From NCBI GenBank assembly GCA_965230905.1, contig OZ246396.1, forward strand, positions 900,001 to 932,000: 32,000 nucleotides of DNA. The letters are read 5' to 3'. A program made the position numbers and the translations under genes. The stretch comes from Candidatus Saccharimonadota bacterium (lineage in GTDB: Bacteria > Patescibacteriota > Gracilibacteria > UBA1369 > 2-02-FULL-48-14). Below, piece by piece: positions 1-7,388 of this stretch. The notes below the pieces were generated by a model that searched no databases, was not told where the DNA came from, and worked only from the letters and a program-made list of their open reading frames with translations. Numbering within the stretch: position 1 is the stretch's first letter; each line of letters opens with the position of its first letter.

Positions 1-155
1 TTCGGCGCGGAGTTAACAATGATTGGGCCGAGGAGTCCAAAACGTCTTATGCTCTCTTTAATTTGTTCGAAGGCATCTGCTGAAATCTTACGTGGATTAT
101 ACTGTGCTACATTCAGCTCGGTGATAGAGACGGAAACGACTTTTAAGGCGGACAT
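1..155 (-). CDS. ParB/Srx-like N-terminal domain protein, 5' end only (gene continues past window start); possibly a ParB-domain DNA methyltransferase or nuclease
   Basis: Minus-strand ATG at 155-153, open to position 1. Translation MSALKVVSVSITELNVAQYNPRKISADAFEQIKESIRRFGLLGPIIVNSAP shows the YNPR...SI..FG...PIIV pattern of ParB N-terminal domains. Absent from the ORF track because it has no stop in the window. Confidence 0.55.
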   Translation of the reverse strand, partial: MSALKVVSVSITELNVAQYNPRKISADAFEQIKESIRRFGLLGPIIVNSAP

Positions 156-241
156 AGGATAGGGTTAAAGTGCTTCAACCCTACGTAAATTAGACTAATT
201 AATTCGATTAATTATTTAATATTATTTGTATTAATTCTCAC

Positions 242-1072
242 TTATTCTCTTATAAGAAAGATGCCATCGACTATGATTTTATTGTTCGGTTTTCTCACTA
301 TGAAGCTTTCCTCGATTCGCTTCTCTACTTGCGGCATTTTTTCTAAGTGCTTTTTTAGATCTGACTTAAAATTACGGATTCCAATCTCGATATCGTCGGC
401 GCTATATCCCTCTAAAACATTGATAGGGATACCTTCCTTAATCTCTGCCCATTTTTGCAGAAGAACGAAGGGAAACTTCGATTTAGTCATTTTCTTCAAT
501 AGTTTACCCCTGTATAAAAGTTCTCCTTTTTCAAGGTCGACAAGGATATAACTTCCATCATCTGATGCTAACGGTCGAGGTACTTCATAATCAAGATTTT
601 CAGTCTTTACTAGACTGAGCAGATGAAAGATAACTGTATTTACCTCTTTTACTTTTCTTTTTGCCTCAAATGCAGCCGTATTTAAACTTTCATGACCACC
701 AATCGCCATCTCATATTTACCTTCCTGTACGAAAATGAACTTTTTAATAGGACGATACCTTTTGTTTTGCTTGGGGTCGGTAGATTCCATGAAACGTTCT
801 AGCCAGTACCATGCTGGAGTTTTCAATTTAATTTTGTGCTCGAGCTTAATCCCACGTGCTAGAGGCGTCACGCAGAGGCTTGTAAGCAGATTGAAATAAT
901 CTCGCACCAGATGGTGGAATTCAGACACTTCACTCAACTCCAGACTTAGATCTTCAGGGAAACTGAAGCTTAAAACAAGCTGACACTTGTCATCCATGAT
1001 CTTGAGAAAAGTACTTTTGGATACCGAAGTCATGTGCCTTTCAATATAAATGTTGTATTTTGATACTAACAT
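242..1072 (-). CDS. hypothetical protein; C-terminal third resembles an OmpR/PhoB-type winged-helix DNA-binding domain
   Basis: 276-aa ORF. The segment VDLEKGELLYRGKLLKKMTKSKFPFVLLQKW...IRNFKSDLKKHLEK...IVRKPNNKIIVDG resembles the trans_reg_C layout. I recognised no family for the N-terminal part. TAGACT lies 7 nt upstream of the ATG. An alternative start is at 1033. Confidence 0.5.
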   Translation of the reverse strand: MLVSKYNIYIERHMTSVSKSTFLKIMDDKCQLVLSFSFPEDLSLELSEVSEFHHLVRDYFNLLTSLCVTPLARGIKLEHKIKLKTPAWYWLERFMESTDPKQNKRYRPIKKFIFVQEGKYEMAIGGHESLNTAAFEAKRKVKEVNTVIFHLLSLVKTENLDYEVPRPLASDDGSYILVDLEKGELLYRGKLLKKMTKSKFPFVLLQKWAEIKEGIPINVLEGYSADDIEIGIRNFKSDLKKHLEKMPQVEKRIEESFIVRKPNNKIIVDGIFLIRE

Positions 1073-1084
1073 GAATCCAAGTCT

Positions 1085-1684
1085 ATGGACGTCCTTGAAG
1101 ACAATCTAGATCTACAAATTAGTCCTACGTACATACTTAGAGATTTAAAGGATGCAAGAGATTCCTACGACATGCGAGTGAAAATATTTGAAGACCGTAC
1201 AAAAGGTTGGTTTTTTGACCACGCTAAAAGTTTAACTAACAGTGGCAATCAACATGTTGGATTTGCCGTTCTAAAACTTCTATTTAGTTACTTCGAAATG
1301 ATTGCTCAATACATGGAGGGCATGTCTAGCAGAGGAAATTCAGGACCTTTTTTCAAGAGAGGGGTAGTTTACGTTTTCCCGGAGTTGTCTGATGACCCTT
1401 GGAAGGATGATCTCTTAAACCTGTTATGGATTTCTGCCAGAAATGGTTTTTTCCACAGTGGAATGACTCAACATCGAGTTTTTATCCGTGACTCTGATGC
1501 TCCAATCGTTTTTGAAGATGGGAAAATTTATATTGATCGCTTTAAATTCCCTGAAAGGATATACCAGCATTTTGATGAATATATTGAAGAATTGAAGACC
1601 AGTTTTGATCCATTTGTTAGAGATCACTTCAGTTTTATTTGGAGACAGGTTAATGGAGGTAAATTCTACCCAATCTCATATTAA
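1085..1684 (+). CDS. HEPN-like protein (candidate RNase / abortive-infection type)
   Basis: 199-aa ORF, largely helical by eye, with an R-x4-H motif (R119-N-G-F-F-H124, nt 1439-1456) and Asn after the Arg, as in many HEPN families. It is divergent from 242..1072 with start codons 12 bp apart. Confidence 0.45.
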   Translation: MDVLEDNLDLQISPTYILRDLKDARDSYDMRVKIFEDRTKGWFFDHAKSLTNSGNQHVGFAVLKLLFSYFEMIAQYMEGMSSRGNSGPFFKRGVVYVFPELSDDPWKDDLLNLLWISARNGFFHSGMTQHRVFIRDSDAPIVFEDGKIYIDRFKFPERIYQHFDEYIEELKTSFDPFVRDHFSFIWRQVNGGKFYPISY

Positions 1685-1772
1685 GATCATCCAAGTCGAA
1701 GCAGTTAAGAATGAATTTTATTCATGACTTTGTATTAATTGTGCTAAGATATACGTTGTTTTGATCAGGCCT

Positions 1773-1949
1773 ATGCTCAAACGAGCCAAAAGGAATACGC
1801 CTCGAAAACTCCGTTTTATTGTTACTTTTTGTGATGACGAAGAGAAGAACCAAGAGGCTTTTGAAAGAGCGGTTCGTCGTATCTTAGAACTCCCACCCTA
1901 TGACCGTAAAATATCTTCACGATCGGAAGCATTACGAAGATCGATATGA
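1773..1949 (+). CDS. small hypothetical ORF (58 aa from ATG), overlaps the next gene
   Basis: The ORF track gives 1761..1949 from TTG, and an in-frame ATG lies at 1773. It overlaps 1900..2985 by 50 nt in another frame. No motif recognised. Confidence 0.2.
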   Translation: MLKRAKRNTPRKLRFIVTFCDDEEKNQEAFERAVRRILELPPYDRKISSRSEALRRSI

Positions 1950-2985
1950 TCGGGCTACCGTTGAAAAAGCCCGCTGGTATGAAGACCATGCGGAGAAAGC
2001 TGACGATGCCCCAAGAGAAATGCACCGAATATTGAGTAAAGTCATGATTTACTTTCTTACGGGTGATCGTTGGAAGAATCGTGAATCCACGATCACAGAG
2101 TGGATGGAAAAGGATAGAGCCTACGACGATATGTATGAGAATGCTCCTATACCTAAGGACATCTTCTGCTTTATGTGTGATCGTCCGATGGAATTCATGG
2201 ATAAATCTGCCCATTATGGCTTTGGCAAAGAAAGGCACACTATGGACTTCTACTTCCGATGTGACGACTGCCACGTAGGGATTAAGGTTAAGGATGGATT
2301 GAAAGAACGAATAATTCCGTGGATGTGCCCGAAGTGTAAAAGACGAATGAAATCTGAAACGAAGCATACGAAAGATAAGTACACGACAAAGGAGTGGTGC
2401 GAGTACTGTGGCCACAGTGATACCCATGAAATAGATCTAAAGCATCCTAAACCTGAGAAAGTTAAAGTCGATCCGGAGGAAGTAAGGAAGTTTAGAGAGG
2501 ATAAACTTCGGTTTTGTCTTACTGATGAAGAGGGTCATAAGTATCTAGAGGGGGTGAGAAATGTGGAAGCAGCAAATAAGGCTATTGAAGAATCGAAGGC
2601 AAAGGAGGAAAAACGTAAAGAGCAGCTCAAAGATAATCCGAAAGGATTCCCTCTAACTGATGGTCGATATTTTTGCGGAATGTGTGGGCATGACGTGCCC
2701 AGCTTTGATAACTGGTATGACAAATACGGAATCAAGTGCATGGCTTGCCAGCACGCCCTAGAACGAAAGACCGTGCCGCTCAAGTACTTCAAGGATACTG
2801 ATTCTTGGTACTCGCTCTCTGACTTGAAAAGTAAGTTTGGGATTCACTCACAAACAGCATTGAAGCACATAAGACAGGGCAACCTTAAAGCTTATGTGAT
2901 CCCCGGAGAAAACGGCAGTCCTACGTGCTACGTTTTTCCGAAGAAAGAGGCTCAGGCATTTTTAGGTTCTGAATCTAACCCTTAA
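1900..2985 (+). CDS. multi-zinc-ribbon protein with C-terminal helix-turn-helix (excisionase/MerR-like)
   Basis: 361 aa with six CxxC pairs: CFMCDRP, CDDCHVG, CPKCKRR, CEYCGHS, CGMCGHD, CMACQHA. The C-terminal segment YSLSDLKSKFGIHSQTALKHIRQGNLKAYVI looks like an HTH. The antisense 201-aa ORF 1822..2427 is judged spurious. Confidence 0.6.
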   Translation: MTVKYLHDRKHYEDRYDRATVEKARWYEDHAEKADDAPREMHRILSKVMIYFLTGDRWKNRESTITEWMEKDRAYDDMYENAPIPKDIFCFMCDRPMEFMDKSAHYGFGKERHTMDFYFRCDDCHVGIKVKDGLKERIIPWMCPKCKRRMKSETKHTKDKYTTKEWCEYCGHSDTHEIDLKHPKPEKVKVDPEEVRKFREDKLRFCLTDEEGHKYLEGVRNVEAANKAIEESKAKEEKRKEQLKDNPKGFPLTDGRYFCGMCGHDVPSFDNWYDKYGIKCMACQHALERKTVPLKYFKDTDSWYSLSDLKSKFGIHSQTALKHIRQGNLKAYVIPGENGSPTCYVFPKKEAQAFLGSESNP

Positions 2986-2989
2986 TCTC

Positions 2990-3145
2990 ATGAAGCCCAG
3001 GAAAATCGTCTACAAAGATAAGACGGTCATTTACACCAACCGGAGTAAGATTACTTTTACCTGTAAATACGCCGAAAAAACTCCCGATGGGTTTTGGGAA
3101 GACGTTTATAATGCGCTTCTTAGAATGGGAGTATTCAATCCTTAG
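2990..3145 (+). CDS. small hypothetical protein (51 aa), not in ORF track
   Basis: ATG at 2990, 4 nt after the stop of the upstream gene. Translation MKPRKIVYKDKTVIYTNRSKITFTCKYAEKTPDGFWEDVYNALLRMGVFNP, stop TAG at 3143-3145. It is below the track length cutoff. Confidence 0.3.
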   Translation: MKPRKIVYKDKTVIYTNRSKITFTCKYAEKTPDGFWEDVYNALLRMGVFNP

Positions 3146-3155
3146 CTATACAACA

Positions 3156-3842
3156 TTAAGTTTGCTGATATTCATTTATCAGTACCTTTGCATAATTATA
3201 TCCAAAAAATTCGAGTAAAATTTTATTGAAAAGCAATATGAGGACATAAAATATCAACATTGCCGCAGAGAGCTTGAATGCAAAACTATTGTGATGTATC
3301 TCATCAAAAAAAATCAGATTCCAGGTTGCTATGATAGCACCAGTGATTGATCCTCCGAGAAGATTTCTCACAAATCCATATTCAATATTATGCTGTAGCA
3401 CCAATCGGCCATTTTTTACACGTAGTCTTATTTGAGACATGGCCTCTACGATCATTTTTCTAGCATGATGGGGGTTTCTTCTTTCGCTCTGTTCATTTGG
3501 CAGTTGGATATTAAAATCTTCATAAATTTTCTTTCTGAGTTTTTGCTTACAATCATTAGTTAAAAAATTGGTAGAAAACAACAATAGATTGGTTGTCGGC
3601 ATATGCAGTTCATCCTTAAAAATTCGTTTTTCGAATAGTTCTTTAGAAGTGATTCGATTTAGTTGTATGACAAGGTATAAAGCAATCGCAGGAATAGACA
3701 CATTGCTAACCAGTAAGGAAAGATCGTTGAACTTCTCAAGTAAGCCTGCTAAGTATGGGGCTAAATAAAAGTAGTTAAACGTAACTATCGGCAGAATAGA
3801 GATGATTGCTGGAAAGTAACGTGCTTTTAAGGAGTAACCCAT
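3156..3842 (-). CDS. integral membrane protein (about 4 TM: two N-terminal, two C-terminal, soluble middle)
   Basis: The track ORF runs to 3908, but the ATG at 3842 lies 1 nt after the stop of the upstream MBL gene (3844-3846), which suggests an operon. Hydrophobic stretches include YFPAIISILPIVTFNYFYLAPYLAGLL, IPAIALYLVIQL, LLGGSITGAIIATWNLIFF and LSAAMLIFYVLILLF. Confidence 0.6.
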   Translation of the reverse strand: MGYSLKARYFPAIISILPIVTFNYFYLAPYLAGLLEKFNDLSLLVSNVSIPAIALYLVIQLNRITSKELFEKRIFKDELHMPTTNLLLFSTNFLTNDCKQKLRKKIYEDFNIQLPNEQSERRNPHHARKMIVEAMSQIRLRVKNGRLVLQHNIEYGFVRNLLGGSITGAIIATWNLIFFDEIHHNSFAFKLSAAMLIFYVLILLFNKILLEFFGYNYAKVLINEYQQT

Positions 3843-3843
3843 C

Positions 3844-4866
3844 TTATTCAGCAAATGAAGTATGAAATGGCTCAGGACTAATGTCAGACCATCCAAGGCG
3901 TGGAGCATCTTTGTTATACATTATACATTGACCTCTAGTTACATGCACCGTTGTGCCATGTTTATGAAGGGCATTTGTTATTCTTTTCGATGGATGTTTT
4001 GGTGATGCTTTAGCTGCAGATACGCAAGCGTGATTCGCGTGTACTCTTTTTAGCAGCTTACTATTGAGATTCCTTTTACTTCCATGGTGAGGGGCATGGA
4101 TAATATGTAGATCTTTTAGGTCTATTCCTTGTGATTCAGCATAATCTGCGGCGAGGTTCAAAGCTGTTTTACCTGCGTCACCAGTAAAAAGGATTTTATG
4201 TCCTTCAACTTGGAGCAGAGTGATCGTACTAGTGTTATTGGCTGCTGAAGTCGAATCTTCATCATCATCCAGTAGATCAATATGAAAAAAGTCTTGGATA
4301 GATGTTAATGCTTTTTCTAGCATACTAGGAGGACTTGATGGAGTGATCATTTGCGGCAGAAGGCTTTCATAATATTCTCTGGATGGCCCCAGGACTTGTA
4401 CTGCATTCTCAAATCCTGCAGCGCCTTGAAATGGCTCTACTATCGGTATTCCTTTTTTAATTGCTAAAGCTTCAATGTCACTTGCATATTGAAGTGATTC
4501 TTCTAATTTTTTCTCTAACCCTAGTATCGAGATCCTACCATTCTGAAAGGAATTCTTAATATCTGCTGCATGCTCCCACGGACGATGCATAGCGAGTCGA
4601 TTCACAGTAAGTTTTTCCAGCACAACAGTTAGACCGGAAGCGTGGTCGCAATCTGGATGAGTTAAAATAACAAGGTCAACCACATCTGTTCCATAGTGCG
4701 TTTTAACATGTTCTACCAAGGCTTCTCCCGATTCCTTAAATCCGCCATCAATAATAATTACTACTTGTTCAGATCGTGGGCCATTAAGGTTTCCAAAACG
4801 TAACGCAATTGCATCTCCACTTCTCTCTCCATCTCCTACGGCCATGTAATCAATTTGGTATGCCAT
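3844..4866 (-). CDS. ComEC-type metallo-beta-lactamase-fold hydrolase (stand-alone)
   Basis: N-terminus YMAVGDGERSGDAIAL...VVIIIDGG. Metal motif LTHPDCDHASG. C-terminal HAPHHGSKRN, like the HHGS motif of ComEC/Rec2 MBL domains. Confidence 0.8.
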   Translation of the reverse strand: MAYQIDYMAVGDGERSGDAIALRFGNLNGPRSEQVVIIIDGGFKESGEALVEHVKTHYGTDVVDLVILTHPDCDHASGLTVVLEKLTVNRLAMHRPWEHAADIKNSFQNGRISILGLEKKLEESLQYASDIEALAIKKGIPIVEPFQGAAGFENAVQVLGPSREYYESLLPQMITPSSPPSMLEKALTSIQDFFHIDLLDDDEDSTSAANNTSTITLLQVEGHKILFTGDAGKTALNLAADYAESQGIDLKDLHIIHAPHHGSKRNLNSKLLKRVHANHACVSAAKASPKHPSKRITNALHKHGTTVHVTRGQCIMYNKDAPRLGWSDISPEPFHTSFAE

Positions 4867-4875
4867 AGGTTTTTA

Positions 4876-5148
4876 TCATTTTCTGTTTTTCTTTTTACCT
4901 TTCGCCTGGGCAACTACACTAGCCGAAACGCTTCTAACTTTTTTAGATTTAGACGTCTTCATTTTTTCAGAAGCCAGCTTAGCAGTTTTAGAGCTAGTAG
5001 TTTCCTTCCCGGGTTTTCGTTTTTCTCTTTGAGTTAAGCCACTCGCCGCCACACTCTTCGTGGTTTTAGATGTTTTCTTCGAACTCAATAGACGTGATGC
5101 ATTACTTGCTTGCTTTCTACTTGTTACCTTGCTTTTACCTCTTGGCAT
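4876..5148 (-). CDS. Lys/Ser/Thr-rich basic low-complexity protein (histone-H1-like composition)
   Basis: 90-aa ORF, 9 nt upstream of the MBL gene on the same strand. The composition is dominated by K, S, T and A. A low-complexity ORF could be fortuitous. Confidence 0.45.
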   Translation of the reverse strand: MPRGKSKVTSRKQASNASRLLSSKKTSKTTKSVAASGLTQREKRKPGKETTSSKTAKLASEKMKTSKSKKVRSVSASVVAQAKGKKKNRK

Positions 5149-5160
5149 AGATGGTTGTTA

Positions 5161-5187
5161 TTAGCACTTCATATTATAGAGTGCTAA
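5161..5187. promoter_or_regulatory. inverted repeat TTAGCACT-N11-AGTGCTAA flanking a minus-strand TATAAT; candidate operator/promoter of the 5148-3156 operon
   Basis: Perfect 8-bp arms at 5161-5168 and 5180-5187. The spacer contains ATTATA (5173-5178), which is TATAAT on the minus strand, about 25 nt upstream of the ATG at 5148. Confidence 0.35.
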
Positions 5188-5219
5188 ATCTAAACGGCAA
5201 GTCATTTATTCTACTAGCT

Positions 5220-5332
5220 TTTTTATACTGTCTCAAATGTCTCATCTAGCCTGAAACGCCACAATTGTGTCTCACGGCAAGAAACGGTAGGATAAATCCG
5301 TCCCAAGGGTACTAGACCCGAGTGGCCAGCCA
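5220..5332 (+). repeat. long-form repeat, copy A (conserved block 1 + variable 21 nt + 28-bp core)
   Basis: 113 nt aligning without gaps to 22379-22491, with 9 differences by manual alignment. Contains TGTCTCA three times (5229, 5238, 5268), the palindrome CACAATTGTG (5260-5269), TATACT (5224-5229), and the core AAGGGTACTAGACCCGAGTGGCCAGCCA (5305-5332). Confidence 0.9.
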
Positions 5333-5354
5333 ATAATATTTATTAAAATACTGG

Positions 5355-6116
5355 TTGTATAACTATACTTTTACTGGCTTAGTTCATCCCGAACGAGTTA
5401 GCTTTTCCGTAAGTGAAGATTTGCCTTTTCAAATAACACACCCCGGTTTTAAAGTGAACGGTATAAGCAAGTTAAGATTCGACAAATCAAAAATAACACT
5501 TAGTTTTGCATCAGAGATTGATTATAGTAAAAATGCTGACTGTAACTTAGAGACTCTAAAAAATATTTTTGAAGAAAATATAAGGCTTGTTATTGATTCT
5601 TATTGTTATATAAATTCTTACTCTTACGATGTAGAGATCACGAAGGTGGTATGTAAAGAGTTACATATTGATAATACTTTTGGAGTTAGAGGTGAATGGA
5701 ATGTAAACAAAACCAAAGACGAATGTACTGCGGAATTCACAGAAATTTTACGCTTATTTGATCGTCCAGAAAGGATGTTTTTAAAAGATGTTTTTGCAGA
5801 TTTTCGCCGAGCAATCAAATATCCATCTATGACTGCAGGTTTTTGCTTCCGTGCAGTTGAGACAATAAGAAAATTTTATTTTGAAGATCAATCGATTTCA
5901 AATGACGACAAAAGACGCGAACGTGGGTGGAAAGAGCTTGGAGAAACGCTAGGATTTAAAGAAGCTGATTTTAAAGAGATAAAAGATTTTGCTTTACCCA
6001 ATAGGCACGGTGAGCATCGACAGATTTCTTATGAACAGAGGGAAAGGATTATGAACTTCACACGATCCATAATTAATAAGTTAATTCAAATTATTAAGGG
6101 TACTAGACCCGCTTAG
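5355..6116 (+). CDS. hypothetical protein occupying a repeat-bounded cassette
   Basis: 253-aa ORF with a TTG start and no internal Met until late. No family recognised. The last codons KGTRPA and the stop are encoded by the downstream core repeat. Confidence 0.5.
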   Translation: MYNYTFTGLVHPERVSFSVSEDLPFQITHPGFKVNGISKLRFDKSKITLSFASEIDYSKNADCNLETLKNIFEENIRLVIDSYCYINSYSYDVEITKVVCKELHIDNTFGVRGEWNVNKTKDECTAEFTEILRLFDRPERMFLKDVFADFRRAIKYPSMTAGFCFRAVETIRKFYFEDQSISNDDKRRERGWKELGETLGFKEADFKEIKDFALPNRHGEHRQISYEQRERIMNFTRSIINKLIQIIKGTRPA

Positions 6117-6123
6117 CCAGCCA
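6096..6123 (+). repeat. 28-bp core repeat, copy D1
   Basis: AAGGGTACTAGACCCGCTTAGCCAGCCA matches the core at 25 of 28 positions, in the same orientation. Confidence 0.8.
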
Positions 6124-6241
6124 TTGAAATTGGCGATCCCGAAGGGATGGACGGTTTCAAACTGAGAAGATGAGGATGAGAACCCAGGGCTCGTAAAATA
6201 GCGAACGAAGTGAGTGTCATCCCTCACCCCCAGCAATGATT

Positions 6242-6298
6242 TGCATGACAAAGCCTTGTGATCCGCAAAGCTAGCTTGGACGTGCATGCGGAGATACA
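6242..6298 (+). repeat. second conserved module (M2), copy 1
   Basis: TGCATGACAAAGCCTTGTGATCCGCAAAGCTAGCTTGGACGTGCATGCGGAGATACAG aligns to 11311-11369. The 27-nt centre CTTGTGATCCGCAAAGCTAGCTTGGAC (6255-6281) is identical to 11327-11353. Confidence 0.65.
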
Positions 6299-6340
6299 GT
6301 TGAATTTACTCCTTATAGAGTTTTTGGAAATAGCCCCTAT

Positions 6341-6374
6341 TACTAGACCCGTAGAGGTAGCTTGGACTGGCATG
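6341..6374 (+). repeat. hybrid repeat fragment (core centre joined to the M2 3' part)
   Basis: TACTAGACCCG (6341-6351) is identical to the core centre. The following TAGCTTGGACTGGCATG resembles the M2 segment TAGCTTGGACGTGCATG. Confidence 0.4.
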
Positions 6375-6436
6375 ATGGGAAAATCGCCTTTCGATTTTTT
6401 TTGTTTACACTCCAAAGAAGTATTAATCTTATATCC

Positions 6437-6694
6437 ATGTCTAATGAGTATAGAAATAACCATTACATCCCTCAGTGGCATCAAAAACGCTTTATTCCTC
6501 CTGGACAACAGGATCAGGACCTTTACTACCTTGAATTAAAACCAAGAGCATTTATTGATCCCCGTGGTGTCATTCATCAAATTGATCCGTTACATCAGTA
6601 AGGAACTAGGCTTTGTGTTGTTGAGAAGGATTTGTATACCCGTCAGTTTGGGACTGGTCTATCTACAGATGCGGAGAGTTATAGACAACATTAG
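6437..6694 (+). pseudogene. DUF4238-family gene remnant (in-frame stop, 3' truncated)
   Basis: MSNEYRNNHYIPQWHQKRFIP carries the N-terminal HY[IV]PQ signature of DUF4238. An in-frame TAA lies at 6599-6601. The frame continues GTRLCVVEKDLYTRQF to a TAG at 6692-6694. This is far shorter than the roughly 300 aa typical of the family. Confidence 0.55.
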
Positions 6695-6761
6695 AACCGC
6701 CATCGCGGCTAATCATATACAGTTTAAGTGGTTTGCAAAAACAGTGCTGGGCTTGTAGGAC

Positions 6762-7385
6762 TTATTGAATTTCCCTTAGAGATTTGAAGGCTCCTTCAAC
6801 AGAAATCGTCACTGTTACTGCTGAGCCAGTGCGATTTCTCCAAAACCAACCATGTGTTCCGTCGAATGCGGCAGTGATGGTTCCAGACATTTCGGTTTCA
6901 TCTCGCCCATCGTCGTATTCAAAATTTGAGCCTGTAGAGCTTTCGCCATGAACATTGTAGTTCAGGGCTCCTCCTTCTGTTTTCCATGTGTATTCAATTT
7001 CACTGTCTTTAGACATATCGACTTTGACTTCGGCCCATCCATCAGCTGCAATCGTTACCGTAAGTGAATCTTCATTTGCTTCACTACTGTTTTCTTCCTC
7101 TTCTTCCACAGCATCTTCACTTGGGACTTCATCCTCCATCGATTCTTCGAGAGCAAGTTGCTTCTCCTCCTGCATTTGAGCCTCTTCTTGAAGGGACTGT
7201 TTGATCTCACCCATCTCTGTTAAACCAAGCACTCTGCCTACTCTTAAAATGTCGATTCCATATTCAGCAGGCAAAACAATGGTGACAAGAATGACCAGAG
7301 CAATAATCCCTGCTCGTTTAGTAGACTTCTTCAGCTGCTCAGAAGAAGGTAATTCGTCCAAAGTAGGTTTGTGTGAGTTGTTCAT
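6762..7385 (-). CDS. membrane-anchored protein with acidic linker and beta-rich C-terminal domain
   Basis: 207 aa with a single TM (AGIIALVILVTIVLPA), an E/D-rich linker (EEEEENSSEANED) and a C-terminal domain. It starts 3 nt after the stop of the upstream HupE/UreJ gene. Confidence 0.6.
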   Translation of the reverse strand: MNNSHKPTLDELPSSEQLKKSTKRAGIIALVILVTIVLPAEYGIDILRVGRVLGLTEMGEIKQSLQEEAQMQEEKQLALEESMEDEVPSEDAVEEEEENSSEANEDSLTVTIAADGWAEVKVDMSKDSEIEYTWKTEGGALNYNVHGESSTGSNFEYDDGRDETEMSGTITAAFDGTHGWFWRNRTGSAVTVTISVEGAFKSLREIQ

Positions 7386-7388
7386 AAT

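Noticed and set aside
1822-2427. 201-aa minus-strand ORF
   Set aside because: It is entirely antisense to the 361-aa zinc-ribbon/HTH ORF, which has coherent CxxC and HTH motifs. The minus ORF has no motifs and an odd composition.
5305-5332. The core as a Xer/dif-like site (it is also 28 bp)
   Set aside because: dif and pdif sites have two partially palindromic 11-bp arms around a 6-bp spacer. The core has no such arm symmetry, and all copies share one orientation, unlike pdif modules.
5220-5332. The repeat as the duplicated 3' end of a tRNA or tmRNA gene
   Set aside because: There is no T-arm-like GGTTCGAATCC-type sequence, no acceptor-stem pairing, and no cloverleaf-compatible segment in or next to any copy. 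I found no tRNA anywhere in the window.
6081-6539. Track ORFs 6081..6287(-), 6224..6508(-) and 6258..6539(+)
   Set aside because: They overlap one another across the repeat-module region. They have no recognisable motifs, and they are explained better by the repeats and the DUF4238 remnant.
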